Below, piece after piece: positions 11,412 through 25,327 of a DNA stretch of 64,000 nucleotides; the stretch's first letter is position 1; each line of letters opens with the position of its first letter. Source of the DNA: Basidiobolus heterosporus B8920 (lineage: Eukaryota); NCBI GenBank assembly GCA_000697455.1, contig JNET01029301.1, forward strand, positions 1 to 64,000, in the 5' to 3' direction. The translations under genes and the position numbers were made by a program. The notes under the pieces were generated by a model, which saw only the letters and a program-made list of their open reading frames with translations, searched no databases and was not told the DNA's origin.

Positions 11412-11751
11412 TATGAAAGAAGTTGAGTACTTCAAAGAAACACTCCCGAGCTTCTTTTAGAACAAACAAATTTTCAATACAAGGTAAATCATTTTCAACT
11501 TGTGATGATTTCTAGTGTAACTAAAAAAGGTAATACTAGGCCAACAATTCATTTTCTTCAATTAATAAAGCATAATAATTCTTGGCGGTTGTGGTGTATA
11601 GGAAATGTAGTATTATCATGCCTTATGTTGAAGCAAGGTATAAGCAGTTATTGTGGACTCGTGTTTTTAATTAAATTACAAATTTGACAGCAACAGGGAG
11701 AAAGATTAATCCAAAGAAATACATCCTAATACTCTATATGACAATAGTTTT

Positions 11752-12675
11752 CTAGTTTCTCTTTCTTTTGGCCGCTGCTGCCAACTTATGCTTCTTGGTC
11801 TTGGCCTGTTCAAACTTTCGGACTCTTTTGCTCTCATAACGGAATTTCTTGGGTTTAGGTTTAAGAGGTCTGGCTGGTTTAGCGGTTGGAATGTCCTGCT
11901 TTTGTTCCTAGAGGATTGTTTCCCAAGTCAGCGTTTAAGGTAAAGAGGAGGCAATTTATGAATTCAAATATACCTTTGGTGTCGCAGTTGGTGCAGGTGT
12001 TGGCTCTTCTGTATCTGAATTCATTTCAGTAATTACCGTGACAGTAGTTAAGGTGCTGGGTGTACGGTATTCAGCTTGTGAGTTAGCTTCCTTATTGTTG
12101 TCCTCATTCTCACTTTCCCCATCCTCTAAATCATCCTCTTCCTCCTCTATAAATTCGTATTAGGCACTAATAAGAAGAAAATCGAAAACATTGAGAAACA
12201 TACCAACACCAATCCTAGCGTTGAATTCTCTCAGTTTTTCCTCCGCCAAATCTCTAGCTGCTTGACGTCTCTATAATAGAAAACATATGTTGGAGAGTTG
12301 ATTTAAATCGTAACGTAGTTTCTTTTTTGGGTACCTCTTTTCTCGCTTCAAGTTTTGCTTCGTGAGCCTTGATTTTGGCTATTTCTTGAGCTTTTGCTCT
12401 TCTTTCGAGTTTACGCTTATGAAAACCCGTCAAATAGTCTCTGTGGAATACGAACAAGTTAGGGGATGTTTCCATAGATATGGTGTTTAGCGATTGTAAA
12501 GATCGTCCACTTTTGGGAGTTGTGGAGGATTACTCAAGGAAAAGAAAAGTATCCTGGAAAATCACCTTCTAGAATCTTCGTCGAAAACAATCTCGGGAAT
12601 CTGTTCCTTTCTCTTCTTTCTTTTCTGTGAGTAAATGCGAGCCCCAGCTGTTAACAGGGTGGTGTTATCCGACAT
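11752..12675 (-). CDS. RRP17: Nucleolar protein Nop25/Rrp17 (NOL12 family)
   Basis: EIVFDEDSRRDYLTGFHKRKLERR after splicing; C-terminal KKFRYESK. Confidence 0.88.
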
Positions 12676-12964
12676 GGTGAAAAGTATGTACTTCTATTTC
12701 CAACAGGTCTCTCAAAAGAAGATGGATTAGAAGAAAAATTGGAAATATTTAGTGGATTCAAATATCGATGAACAGTCTCATCCTGTTGATGATTTTTTTT
12801 AACTCATTTCATTGCAACGAAAAAAAAAGAAAGTCAATTGGTTGAATGCTCAACACAGGTCTAAACACAGGTACCAAACCAAGTAATGGATTTTAGGCAA
12901 ATTCGAGAAGATTTATTCAACAATCAAGTCACACCATTTCATAATTATGTGCGTGTGAAATAAA

Positions 12965-13345
12965 CTATTTGGCCTGCGAAATCTCCTTGATTTTGGCCAT
13001 GACTTGCTTCAGTTCAGTTGAATATTGATCCTGCAAACTGAAGAGTTTCCGCTTCATCTTTTGTGCAGAAGTGGGATGTTTCTTGACCAACATCATGGCC
13101 TGTTCCATTATCTCCTTTGCCACCATTGCTACTTTTGTTGCCGCCTCTGTAGGTGTAAGTTCGCCCGACTGGACCTTATCCTCAATACCATCGATAGGTT
13201 TGATAGCAGATTCATGCAGTTTGCTGACAGCTCCAATCAAATCATATCCATCACCAGTGTGCACACCTCCTTTGGCTAAGACCTGGGTGGCAGTAGCCAG
13301 AGCGGCCATGCCAAGAATGGTGACAGTATTGAGGCGGAAGTACAT
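12965..13345 (-). CDS. Small secreted helical protein of unknown function (126 aa), intronless
   Basis: Signal-peptide-like N-terminus (TILGMAALATATQVLA); TATAAATA ~55 nt upstream on the minus strand. Confidence 0.7.
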   Translation of the reverse strand: MYFRLNTVTILGMAALATATQVLAKGGVHTGDGYDLIGAVSKLHESAIKPIDGIEDKVQSGELTPTEAATKVAMVAKEIMEQAMMLVKKHPTSAQKMKRKLFSLQDQYSTELKQVMAKIKEISQAK

Positions 13346-13749
13346 GGCAATGGTAGCGAAGGAGAAAGGACAAAGTTCTAGGTAGATTCATGGGGGTATT
13401 TATACTCAGTTCTATAGTATAGGGCTGAAACGTCTACCAAACATGGAAACAAAAAAAGAAAACTAGATCTTCGATGCAAGATGACAACACTGATACAGCA
13501 TTATCTCATTTGCTATGCAGGTCGAATCGATAATTGATCTTGCATATATGCAGCATCCGATGTGTCGATCATCACACTTTATCTACGTCAGAACCCGGTA
13601 GAAATACAAAGAAGACATTCTGTAACCCAGTAAAGGGTTTACAGAAATAGGAATTGAAGTCTAATTATTACGGTTATATGGTTCCATTTCAGTTCAATTT
13701 CATTCTTTAATAATTAATTGGCAACATGTAGACTGCAAAAATCTCTTCA

Positions 13750-15159
13750 TTACAATATCGGCTCATTTACTGGGGTTTTGGGTCGACCTTCGACAATAGT
13801 TAGATGGCAATTCTCTAAAGCCAAAAGCTATATAAGATGTCGTTTTAGCTAGTTTTCATCTTGCTGCTTATGTAAGAAACGATGACTTACCTCGATGTTC
13901 TCGAAGGTACCCTTAGTACACGACCCGATATGTGGTAGTAATTGCACCTTCGTATTACGCAACAAACCTGGATGTACCTCGGGCTCATTTTGATATACGT
14001 CTAGTCCAACGGTTTTTAATTTTCCTGAGTCAAGAGCCTCCACCATTGCGTCTTCGTCGACTACAGGGCCGCGAGAAGTGTTGATTAGAATGGTACCATC
14101 CTTCATTTTAGCGAACTCCTTTGCGCCGATTAATTTGGTGGTTGCATTGGATAATGGCACATGGATGGACAGGATATCAACAGTGCTAAGTAGCTCATCG
14201 AAGGGTAAGTAGGTAATGTTACATGCTTTAGCAACTAGAAATACAAATGTTAGTTGATCTGAGAATCAAAGATTGGAATATATAGATGTACCTTCATCTG
14301 GAACAGGATTGCGATTGTTATAGTACAATTCCATTCCGAACGCATGAGCGCGTCGAGCCAAGGCCTAAGGGAATGCATGAGACATATGAAATTCAAAGGG
14401 GCCAGCATATATACGATCACTGACTTTTCCAATTCCACCTAAACCCAATATACCAAGCTTTAGTCTTCTAGAGTCAGTACCCAGGGAAATGTTATCCTTC
14501 CAAGAGCCTGGTATTGATCTACTATTAGAATATCGCTGAATAGTGGTGCTGCCTATACGAAACCACACAATAACCTTGTCTCAACGAATGTTCAGCCTCG
14601 TAGATATTTCTAGTGGTGCTTAGAATTAGAAGCATGGCTATATCAGCAGTTGCATCATCACCAACTCCAGGTGTGTTAGATACCCAGATTCCTGTAACAA
14701 CGATGATTAGAAACTGCCGTGACTTGTGGTCTATAGAGTCTACTTTACCTTTATTGGTTGCATGCTCTACATCTACCGCATCGTACCCTGCGCCAGTACT
14801 AGAAATGATTTTTAATGCAGGACCAAATAGATCGATCACTTGGGTATTGAATCGGCCGCAAGCCTAGATAAAGCCATTTAACTTACGGGAACTATAAGAG
14901 TTGACCAAAGACATACCAATTTAAAGGCCCATGATAGGACTACTCCCGCACAGTCACCATATTCTCCCTCCTTGAGTTGCCTCAGAAATTCCTGTCGATT
15001 ACGAGGGAGGGTTACCTATAGATTTTGTTAGCACTACAAGTAGAAAGGGATGGATGATCTCAAGACTACCATTATGTCATAGTTGTGTTTACTACGTAAC
15101 TCCTCAGCATAGCCTTGAGCAAACTCTATTTCTCCGAGAAACAAAATTCTATTCGACAT
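13750..15159 (-). CDS. D-isomer-specific 2-hydroxyacid dehydrogenase (glyoxylate reductase-like), multi-exon
   Basis: GAGYDAVDV, VSNTPG, LGILGLGGIG, INTSRGPVVDE, GLDVYQNEP, LLPHIGS. Confidence 0.93.
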
Positions 15160-15925
15160 GTTAAAGGTAGGAGTACTCAAGTCCAAGGCATCCAAGTGGC
15201 AAGTCCCAAGTTTTTATCTAGAAATTTTAGAAACGAGATGCTCAATACACCCAGTATCTTCACAATATTCTTGCATGATGAAACCAAAATGAAACGCATT
15301 TTGGAGGAGTCAGTAATAGCAATCAGAGCAAAGGTAGTGGTCCGCACAGTTGATAGGTATGGATTGAATCCAAATATTCTCGGTATGCACGAGGCCAGTG
15401 CCACGCAGCTCATTAAGGTTTTCACCATGTTACCGGTGGCCGCCTTTGTTGAGTTACTTGACGGAATGTTACTTGAAACATCCATTGAATATTCTGTTAC
15501 TCCCGCACATGATAAATTCCCTATTTTTCATCAACTAGCAATAACTTCAAGCGAGGTTGGTTCAAAAGTGAATAGGGAGCAAAAGAAGCATTTGTTTTTG
15601 GATACAACGAGGTAGTGGTAGCGGTGCAAATACAGCTGAACGTATGGAAACATAGGGTTGACGCAGTCACTCGTGAAATCGAAATTAAAGAATAGTACCC
15701 TTCTGAAACCAAACAGAAAATGTGTTTATAGGGTGGACAGCAAAATGCATAACCACTTGGGTACACATGTTTGACAACTCAAGATTAACCTCCCCTTATT
15801 TTCTTGATCACCATACGGAACAATCGAAATCAGCCAATGCTCACCACGCCATTTTTCGTAACTTTATTGTCTTCAAGTTGAACTCTGACTCTTTGTCTCC
15901 TTACAACTAACCATACGAATTACGC

Positions 15926-15961
15926 GTAGTGCGTTACCCGTAGTGCGCTATCTGTAGTGCG
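15926..15961. repeat. GTAGTGCG x3 with 14-bp spacing
   Basis: Copies start at 15926, 15940 and 15954. Confidence 0.8.
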
Positions 15962-16123
15962 TGAGGTAAGAGAATTTTATTCTATTATATGGAGTGATAT
16001 TTAACTATTTGAACAAGTCACGAGAGGAGGCGATGTTAATGGCAAAAAGGAATAAACCAAAGTCGACCTAGGTAAGAGGGAGTGGGATATCTAGCGTAAA
16101 CATTTCTTAAGGTTAGGCAAGGA

Positions 16124-19031
16124 TCATTCGCTTTCGGAACCCTCCAAGTCGATCTCTGGAATCTCCTCATCCTCTGAATCCCCCTCTACTGGCTTTGGAA
16201 TGGATAGGGCTGGCTGTAGTCGCTTGGTTGGCTGCTCTGGTTCTTCTGATGAGGGACGTTTCATCGATCTGGGTGGTGTAGGCTGTTTCTGAGAGAATCA
16301 AATTGTCAATGAACCATCCAATAACATCAGATAAAGTACGTGCTGAGCTTTACTTTGTTTACCATAACAGAGGCCACCGAGGCGGAAGGTTTGGTTGATT
16401 GATTCACGGTTGTTTGAACAACGGATGCCTGTTTTGACGAAGGTTGCTGATCTACGGTTTCATCTTCAAACGAAACTGATGACATCTCCATCTCGGCTGA
16501 GATAGGCTCCGATATAGCGGGCTCAGCCTTGGTTTGTGCGAATTCGACAAAGCTGCTCTGACCAAATTCAGTAACTGTTGATGTTTGATCAACTGACATT
16601 TGTAACGAGCCATTGGACTTGTCATCCTTAGGTAAGCTCTTCTGGGTTGGAGGCAACCGAGGGTGTATAATAAGATCACACAGTAGAACCGCATTTGAAC
16701 AGAAAGTACGAATCTAAATTACAACGAGCTTAGTGGATTGCCTCGATACTACGAAAGTGAAATGACCTACCAAATGGCTGCTATCGTTCAAACCATAGTT
16801 GAAAAGCTTAAGTGCATAAGGCAAGATCGAGGGAATTTGCTGGGCTGGAGATATGACTACACTTAGAAGGCAGTCGTACAGAGAATACTTGAATTTCTCG
16901 AGATTATCGCTCGCAACATCCAATGGCTGTTGAGTCAAAGTCAGGATGTGAGAAATCAAAGTAGACTCAATTGTGGTACGTAGTTGAGGCGCAATTGATG
17001 ATCCGGAGGAGGTGACGACTGCCTTCAAAGCTACAAGAAAAGGTCAACATTTTCAAGGAATCATCGAAGTTAAAAGAACTAGCCTACTTTTCAAAGCAGC
17101 ATGTTGCAGTGCGGAAGAAGGAACAATCACCTTGTATTGAGTGTTCAGAGCGTCCGAATTAGTAACATTAGCCTTGCGTCTCTTGGGTTGTTTCTACAAT
17201 CAGAAGACTATCAATGAATGCCGCTGGTACCAATGAGCCTGCCGACCAACATTACCTTACTGGTGTTATTCTCATTCTTGTTCAAAATATCTTCAGCCCT
17301 CAATTCAATGGCTTGAATATCGTTCAGGATAGTCTTGATGATCGATGAGTCTACAAGGGAGGAGAAACCGAACCCAAAAGTCTCGATACAGATAGTAGCC
17401 AATCCATATGCTGAAATCCGAACAAATCTGTGGTTGCAAGTCATTAGAAGCAGCTCTCATGCCACCATACCATACATCCCCACTTACTCTTTTCCTTTGT
17501 GTTGGTTGAGCGATTTGAGAACAATGCTCGATAAAGCGTTGGAGTAGCAAAGTAAATGATCACCCACACTATTGTTGGAGATAAAGTTGAATAATCTTGT
17601 TGAGTAAATATGCTTCTGTCCAAATTCTTACGCAGTGATGAGTCTCTCCAAAGAAGAAGTGGCAGCCACGTGTAAGCTGGGCATGCCGGCCATTAGAGCA
17701 TGGAACTCGCTCCTATCTTTGTCTTCACTCATCTAAACCAAACAAAGTAAGCAGGTGATTGGAAACAAGTCAGATCAGCACTAGGTGACTTACAACTGAG
17801 CTATCAGACACATTGTAGATTCTACAAAACAAATCAACCAAAGAACCCACAGGAATGCTGACGGGTCTTTCGGCCTTACAGCTGTTGTACAGCAGAGTCA
17901 ATAAATGGAGAAAGAAATGGCAAGATTATATACAATTACCTCAATGAGGCGCCTAACGAACATAGCAAGGCCTTGACTCTATTGAACAACATGGGAAACT
18001 TCTTTACGTAATCAGAGGGTGGTTCAGCAAGATCATAACTAAGCATATTGTCCTTCTTCTGATAATCTACAATCAAGGAATGAACATCAACGGTCAAATC
18101 CTCATTACGATTTATAGAAATTCTCTTGATCTCACCTTCTTCTACACTATCAAAAAGAAGATCCAGAGCATGGTGGATAGAGCCTATCAATCGAACATTT
18201 GTGGCTCTCCAAGCGTCTACAGAATTGACCTTTCCACTAGCATTATGAAGCGAGACTAGACAAGCACTGGCAGATGCAACAATGTCGCTTTGGCTATCGA
18301 TACTACCATCCAAGTATCTCAGGCATAGGTTTTGGGTTTTGTCAATGGATGGTTTGAATATAGAAGGAAAAGTCTCTACTGAGATGCGAAGTGTGCGGAG
18401 AATACAAGGCTGCGAAAGATTAGAATTGGTCCTATAAATTAAAGTGGATGAAGATATCCTAAAATTCGTATACTAACAAGCAATTCTTGATTTTCCGAAA
18501 GACTGAGTAAACATCCGTTAAAGCGGGGTAAAAATGCCGTAGTAACTTCACGTTGAAATTCGGGTTTACGAGCTGTACGTTGAAACAGTTCAGAGAGGGT
18601 GTTGATGATGCTCTCCAGCACGGGCGTAGGCTCAGCTCTCTAAAGATAGTAGGTTTAAACAATACCGTACCAAAAGCTAAAGGAAAATTGAAGGTACTAA
18701 CCATTAGAGAGGATAGCAAAGTAGATACCCAGTGAGTAACATTTTGATTATAAATCTCGTTATTATCCAAACTAATCTTGACAAACGAAACTCCGGCCCA
18801 TCTGGCACTAGCAATTTTAGATTGCAAAAGAGAAGTAACGCGAGTTTCCCACTTATGAATTGCCTCGTCTAATTCGGCATTTCTATCGTTTTGAAGCAAT
18901 CCGTGGTAGACTATAGTTTCCAGAACATATGGTACGTGAGTACCGACAGTGGTCTCCGTTGACAAGTAATGATTTATCAAGGACGTAAGAAGTTTAGCAT
19001 GCTCGACAAGTATACGTTCCGAGTTCGACAT
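16124..19031 (-). CDS. RIX1: Rix1/PELP1 pre-rRNA processing protein (multi-exon)
   Basis: KWETRVTSLLQSKIASARWAGV, KPEFQREVTTAFLPRF, FPSIFKPSIDK; acidic C-terminus EIPEIDLEGSESE. Confidence 0.85.
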
Positions 19032-19243
19032 GATTCTGATGCTCTATTGTCACGTTACGAGACTCTAACACACTGCACCTTTCCTGTATATTGACTTTGA
19101 TTGAATCATAATCCTCGAACGGTATTTTTTTTAACAAACTTTTTTTCTCATTTTTTGCTAAAGCTGTTCGGAACATACTATTCAAGGACATATATGCAGT
19201 CACAATTGATTGAGCAAGTTAAGATAGAAAACACGTGGAATAT

Positions 19244-19290
19244 GCATAAAATAGGCATAAAATAGGCATAAAATAGGCATAAAATAGGCA
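19244..19290. repeat. 11-bp perfect tandem repeat (GCATAAAATAG)x4 in the RIX1/VPS9 divergent promoter
   Basis: Directly visible. Confidence 0.95.
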
Positions 19291-19547
19291 CAAAAGAGAT
19301 ATCTATAGATCACTAAATGGTTAGGTAGATGTCAAATTTAAACGGGACATTGGTCAACAACAGCCAACTACGTCCACAATTGCATTTATCCATGAAAACT
19401 GTCACAAACTGAAAGTTCGTCAGCATTTTGATCAAGATTAGATAGAATCGCACTGGTAGTTCTATTTCTATATTATCCGATTTATCAGTCAGACCTCATT
19501 TTTTATTAGATACAACTCTATGTTCAGGTGTTTTAATAGACAATAGT

Positions 19548-21917
19548 ATGACTTCAAGTATACAACCAGAGAACCTTGAGGATAACGGCGTAGCAGCTGA
19601 ATTGGAAGAAAAGCTTCACTTGGACACATCCCAAGAGGTCGAAACTTCAAAAGGGACCGATGACTCCGATAGGGTCTGTGAAGCCCTTAATCAGTTAGTA
19701 CGTTCACCTCCTATTTAAAGAAACCGACATTTATTCTCTACCTTTCTCAGGAATAGTCAACCGGTGACGCCTAAAATATGTATAGATTCCTCCAGTGTCT
19801 TTCCTGACATTCCTGAAGATTTTGGTCAGCAAAAACCTACCTCATCTGGCTCTAATCAGAAAGTGAGAAACGACCTAGTAGCAGAATTTGACCCACTCAA
19901 TAACATCTCAAGCAGTAACAACCCTTTTTCTACTTGTTTTAAATAATGCTTTGTTCTCAACATCTCACCTCACCAGAACAGCCAACGATTCAGACTAGTT
20001 CGAACGAGCTAGAGAGCGATGTACCTGAGGAATTGTCTCAAGAGCAAGGAAGCAAAGCAAAAAGTAAGTCGAATGCTTCCAAAAAAAGAATCCGTGGGGA
20101 AAGTCTGCAAAAGTCAATCTCCTTTGGCGGTACTCCTAGTTCAACCACCAATATTAAGAGCGAGAAGGCACCCAACACACCAGAAAGCCAAGAGAGTACC
20201 CAAAAAACTGATCAATTTGAGTATCATCATTTTTTGGATCAGATTCGGCATAGAAGTGCTGTACCTGTTGCACGCAGTTTAAAAAGGTTATTACTATTCT
20301 CTTTGGTCCAACTGTGACAGAATACTGATATTTCGATAGATTTTTGAGTGGGTTTCAACGTAAGCCGTACACCGTTAACGAGCAAATTCAAGCAATTCAT
20401 GGCTTCTTAAACGTAAGCGTGTTCTTCTTACCAAATGAGGATGTCCCGTTAAATCTCCATTTCTTGTAGGATATTGCTTATGACATGCGTAACTGTGAGG
20501 TCTGGAGCAGATGTTCAGAGGCTGATTTTGAAAATGCTCTGGAAGGAATGGAAAAATTAATCATGAATAAGCTCTACAAATAGTATATATTCAATTGTAC
20601 TCATCGTCACTGCAAACTTTTACTTACTGCCGCTTCAATGTTGTGCAATTATCAGCACCTTTTGCCCACTAACTGCCGATGATATGGAGAAGGACGATAT
20701 CCTCAACCAGAAAATCCAATTGTATCGCTGGATAAAAGAAGAGCATTTGGATATTCCTGTTAATCAACACAACGAATCCTTTCTGGGTTTTGCTCAGGCC
20801 GGTACGTTTATTTCCTCCAAACATTGTTCTTTTGCGACATTCTAAACCACATTTCTCTAAGAACTCGCGAAGATAAACACATACAAAGCACCTCGTGACA
20901 AGCTCATTTGCATCTTGAATTGCTGCATTGTGATCTTTGATATCCTTTTCACTCTCTCCACGTATACAGTTATCTTTTGTCGTCAAAAAATCTATCCTTA
21001 ACGCCAATTCACGTTTTTTGAAGCATGTTGATGCTGAAGCAGGCGCAGATAAATTTCTTCCAATCCTCATCTTTGTGGTGTTACGCACTAATCCAGAACG
21101 ACTTGTGTCCAATGTCCAGTGAGTAGCAGCATCGTGCCTTTAGTTCTGTCGGAACTAACACTGACTTAACCTAGGTATATATCGCGATTCAGACGGCCAG
21201 AGAAGCTCCACGCAGAGTCGGAATACTATTTAACAAACTTGGTAAGTGGTTTCTGGCCGTTCAGTCCCATTTCGGATCATTCTTCCCTAATAGTACTTTA
21301 TGATTAGATGGGAGCAATCTCTTTCATTGAGAATATGGACTATAAGCAGTTATCTATTTCCGAAGATGAATTCAACAAGTAAGCGAGAGACCGATTTCCG
21401 TCACTGAGTTGGATGTTAATGAGTATTTATTAGAAATATCGACAAAGCAGTTGAGGAGATTGCACGTAAGCAAACTTCCTCTGAACCTATGGCTAGATCT
21501 CACAGTGCTGATTGCACACTCCGCCCTAGTCAGTCAGAACAGAACTATCTTCATCCGCAAACTAGAGAATCTGTTGGCTCAGACATTGGGTCAGATTTTG
21601 ATGATGAATATGAGCAAACTCATAAGCAATCCACCAACACTGGAAACCACAGAACTCAACTACACCCTAATCCTCCCGCCAACTCAGCATATCCAGGTGC
21701 TCGAAGCCAAATACAAAGACAACATGACGCCATGATGCAAGAACAACAATTCCAAGAATATAATCAAGCACTCTCTACGCTCAAAGACATGTTTCCTAAC
21801 ATTGAAGCAGACATATGCGAACTAATACTGCAAGCTAATCAAGGACAGCTACAACCATCTATCGAAGCATTACTCGACATCTCCAACTCAATAATCCCCG
21901 AGAATAATCAAGTTTAG
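19548..21917 (+). CDS. VPS9: Rab5 GEF Vps9 with C-terminal CUE domain (multi-exon; contains an AT-AC intron)
   Basis: EGMEKLIMNKLY, INTYKAPRDKLICILNCC, GADKFLPILIFVV, ESEYYLTNLMGAISFIE; CUE LKDMFPNIEADICELIL. Confidence 0.95.
20940..21012 (+). other. U12-type (minor) AT-AC intron in VPS9, 73 nt
   Basis: 5'ss ATATCCTTT, branch TCCTTAAC (20995-21002), 3'ss CAC; removal gives CCIVIFG-FLKHVDAEAGADKFLP. Confidence 0.95.
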
Positions 21918-22148
21918 TCCACTCGCAATCATCTATGTAACATTATTGTGTCTCAACAAAAACTCACATCAGGTCTACTATTTTTGAGTCGTATTCCATA
22001 GAAATGCTTTCTGTAATCAAAGTGTAACACCGATTCGTATGTTCCGATGTGGAAGTTAAAATATATTAATCATATCAATGAGAGTTGAGCCACAGTCTTG
22101 TATTTATCTTGGTAGACAAATATATATACAAACAGATAGTTATTCTAG

Positions 22149-23406
22149 CTAGTCGGCCGAATGGTAGGTCTATGGCTAATAGAATGTATACAGTTAGTGT
22201 TGCTCTCGTAAAGTAGTTACGAGTTGAAAGTTACCCTGCGACGTGACTTCTTTGGATCATCCAGACCTGGAGGTTTTGGACGAGCACCTAAGCCAAGCAA
22301 ATTCGGTCGAGCTGCAAAGTCAACTGGTTTCAACAATCTAGGGTGATTTTGGTTAGACTTAAGGTTATACTGTTGTTTGTAGTTGAGTTGATTTTATGTA
22401 CCCATTTTTTCGTGATTTGCCGATTCCCTGGCCGTCTTTCCAGCCCATCCCACGAAGCAAAGCGGCTCCAAATTCTTCTACTGGAACTTCCTCGTATTCT
22501 TCAAGTGTGCACTAGAGGTGAGAATACATTAGCAATTAATAACAGATTTGAAAATAAATACGATTACTTTAGGTATATCAACTTTACCTCTCTAGGCCTA
22601 GACTCCACGTCTTGTTTAAATAGTTCTCCTTCAGTTAAGATTTCGTTAGATCCTACTGCTGGCAACACTTTCTTTTGTAAAGAACTGGCTTCATCTTCCG
22701 AAGAAGCTCCTAAATACACGGAATTAGCCAACCGTTAGATCAGTCTCGAGTTAAATCACCCAGTATTACTTACCTTTGGTTAGTTCTTTAATAGCCTGAT
22801 TAGTTAAATCTTCTTCGGAATTAACTGTTATAGTAACTGTTTCCTCAGTGATTGTGGACTTAGTTTCTACAACCTCTTTTGAGGTGCTTTGATCGGCAGC
22901 GTTTGTAGTGGATTCAGTTTTGGTATCCTCTTTTACGGTTTTCGTTTGAATCTGTAGACCGTAAGTGAGCGGTTTATTGTTCAAGATCGTAGCCTCCACA
23001 GCATCAGTATTGGTTGGCTCTTTTTCTGGAACATAGTGAGCCTTTTTCCTACTCCGCCTAAAATCGTCATTCTTCAAGCTTGGAATGACTAAAGGTCCAG
23101 TATTCTTGGGATTTAGACTAGCTCAAAAGGAGAGAGAATTAGAGATAGTGATATTTTTCAAGATGTTCCTTTTTATCCAACTAACCTTGTAATTTCATTT
23201 TCTTCGAGGCCGGTTACATATTCGATTTCGTTTTCCTCTTCTCTTTCACGTTTACTACTTTCTTCACCAAACGCGCTTTTTTTTATTATCTCTGTTGGTT
23301 TGGGTTTTGGTTTATTTTTGGGCTTTAAAGAGAAACTGAACTTCCCAGGTGCCGGGTTGGTAGTACTTGTTTGACTTCCCTTACCCTTAAGTTGAAATTT
23401 GGACAT
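22149..23406 (-). CDS. SPP2: G-patch splicing factor Spp2/MOS2-like (3' end approximate)
   Basis: PLVIP, YEEVPVEEFGAALLRGMGWKDGQGIGK, RPNLLGLGA. Confidence 0.85.
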
Positions 23407-23767
23407 AACAAAAAGTAGAAAGGGAGATACCTGTCGAACTTGATTGAAATCGTTATTATTAACCTATAATTTCATTTTGAATCATCTACCTAGTATTCAC
23501 CATATTTATATTAGTAATAGTTGCGCCTTGTGATTTCAGTTTACTACGGAGTTTCTTAATCAAGTAGGAGGTAGGGTACAGGAAAATCGTTTATGGAGCA
23601 TATAAATTGATCTGGATTTTGTAGCACAGAAAGAAAATCACAAGGATTTATTGGCTCAAAACCATGATTCGACTGCTGTGTGCTATATTGCTCGAGAGAA
23701 GGGTGACTAAATATAAATACTCCTGCATCTAAGGTGGTTCGTTACTCGAACTTTTTTCAAATTAGTG

Positions 23768-25327
23768 ATGTTTAGAACTCTTGTTACTCAGGCTTCTAAA
23801 ACACCTTCACTTGCTATTGTTGGCAGTGGACCAGGTGGTTTCTACACAGCCGCCAAGGTTATGCAATTACTTCCTGGAACGAAAGTTGACATGTTTGAAG
23901 CTCTTCCTGTTCCCCATGGCTTGGTTCGTTTTGGTGTTGCTCCTGACCACCCTGAAGTCAAGGTAAGCCCAAATTGTCCAGCAACTGCGGGATTTCCTGT
24001 TCATTTCATTCGTTTATTTACAGCAATTCACTTTTTTCGAAATACCTATGTCAATAGTTGGTGATGAATCGTTTTGACGAAGTGGCTCAATCCCCCGATT
24101 TTCGCTTTTTCGGCAACGTAACGGTCGGTAAGGATATTTCCGTAGGCGAACTTAAAGATGCATATGATGGCGTTGTACTTTCTTATGGAGCAAGTGAAGA
24201 TAGAGTTCTCAACATTAAGAATGAAAATGTGAGTGGAGTTCATTCGGCTCGTGCTTTTGTCGGTTGGTATAATGGACACCCCGACCATCGTGAAATTGAG
24301 CTTGACTTAACCTCTACCGACACCGCTATGGTTATTGGCCAAGGAAACGTTGCTTTGGATGTAGCTAGAGTTTTACTTAGTCCCATCGATGAACTCAGAA
24401 AAACCGATATTACAGAGCATGCCTTAGAAGCGTTGTCTAAAAGTAAAATTAGACGCGTTCATGTCGTAGGAAGAAGAGGACCACTTCAGGTATGCAAGCA
24501 TCACTTGTCATCGCAAAGAACTTGGCACTAACAAGGGTATTGAATTAACCACATAGGTGTCCTTCACTACTAAAGAGTTACGCGAGATGTTTGCGCTACC
24601 TGCAACAAAACTGGAAATTGATGAAAATCTATTGAAAGATCAGCTTGCTCATGGACAAACTTTATTATCGAAAAATCGTGCGTTAAAGCGACTTTTAGGA
24701 GTTCTCGAGAAAGAGATCGCTCCCAATACTATCAAGAATGCTGAAAAGTTCTGGTCACTAAAGTTCCTAAGAAGTCCAGTCGAGATCATTTCAGAGGATA
24801 ACCGAGTCAAGGCTGTCAGAATGGAAATTAACACGTTAGAAGGTCCGACTGATGCACAGGTTGCTCTGGGCACAGGATCCTACGAAGATATAGAAACAGG
24901 TTTGGTGTTCAGAAGCATCGGATACAAGAGTACACCCATCGAGGGGGTTCCGTTCGACGTTAAACGAGGTGTAGTTCCAAATGTATGTGGTAGGATAATC
25001 GACGGGGAACAACTATTGGCTGGGATGTATACCTCCGGCTGGTTGAAGAGAGGGCCTTCTGGGGTAATTGTTTCTACCATGCAAGATGCTTTTGAGACGG
25101 CAGGTGCGATAGCTGCGGACATCAACAATGGAAAGCCTTTGCTCGAACCTACTAAATCAGCTCGCGACATACCCAACATCTTAAAAGAAAGAAATGTTCG
25201 TGTTGTTTCCTACCAAGATTGGAAAAGCATCGAGCAAGTTGAGTTCGACTTGGGAGCTACTCGTGGTAAACCTAGAGAGAAACTGATCTCCGTGGAAGAG
25301 ATGCTTCAAGTTATAAATACTCATTGA
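23768..25327 (+). CDS. ARH1: NADPH:adrenodoxin oxidoreductase, mitochondrial (3 exons)
   Basis: GSGPGGFY, GLVRFGVAPDHPEVK, GQGNVALDVAR, GWLKRGPSGVI. Confidence 0.96.

Noticed and set aside
20697..20705. Other RTATCCT matches (e.g. 20697, 14171 minus, 44054, 54213) as U12 donors
   Set aside because: They lie inside uninterrupted conserved coding frames and lack the full RTATCCTTT.
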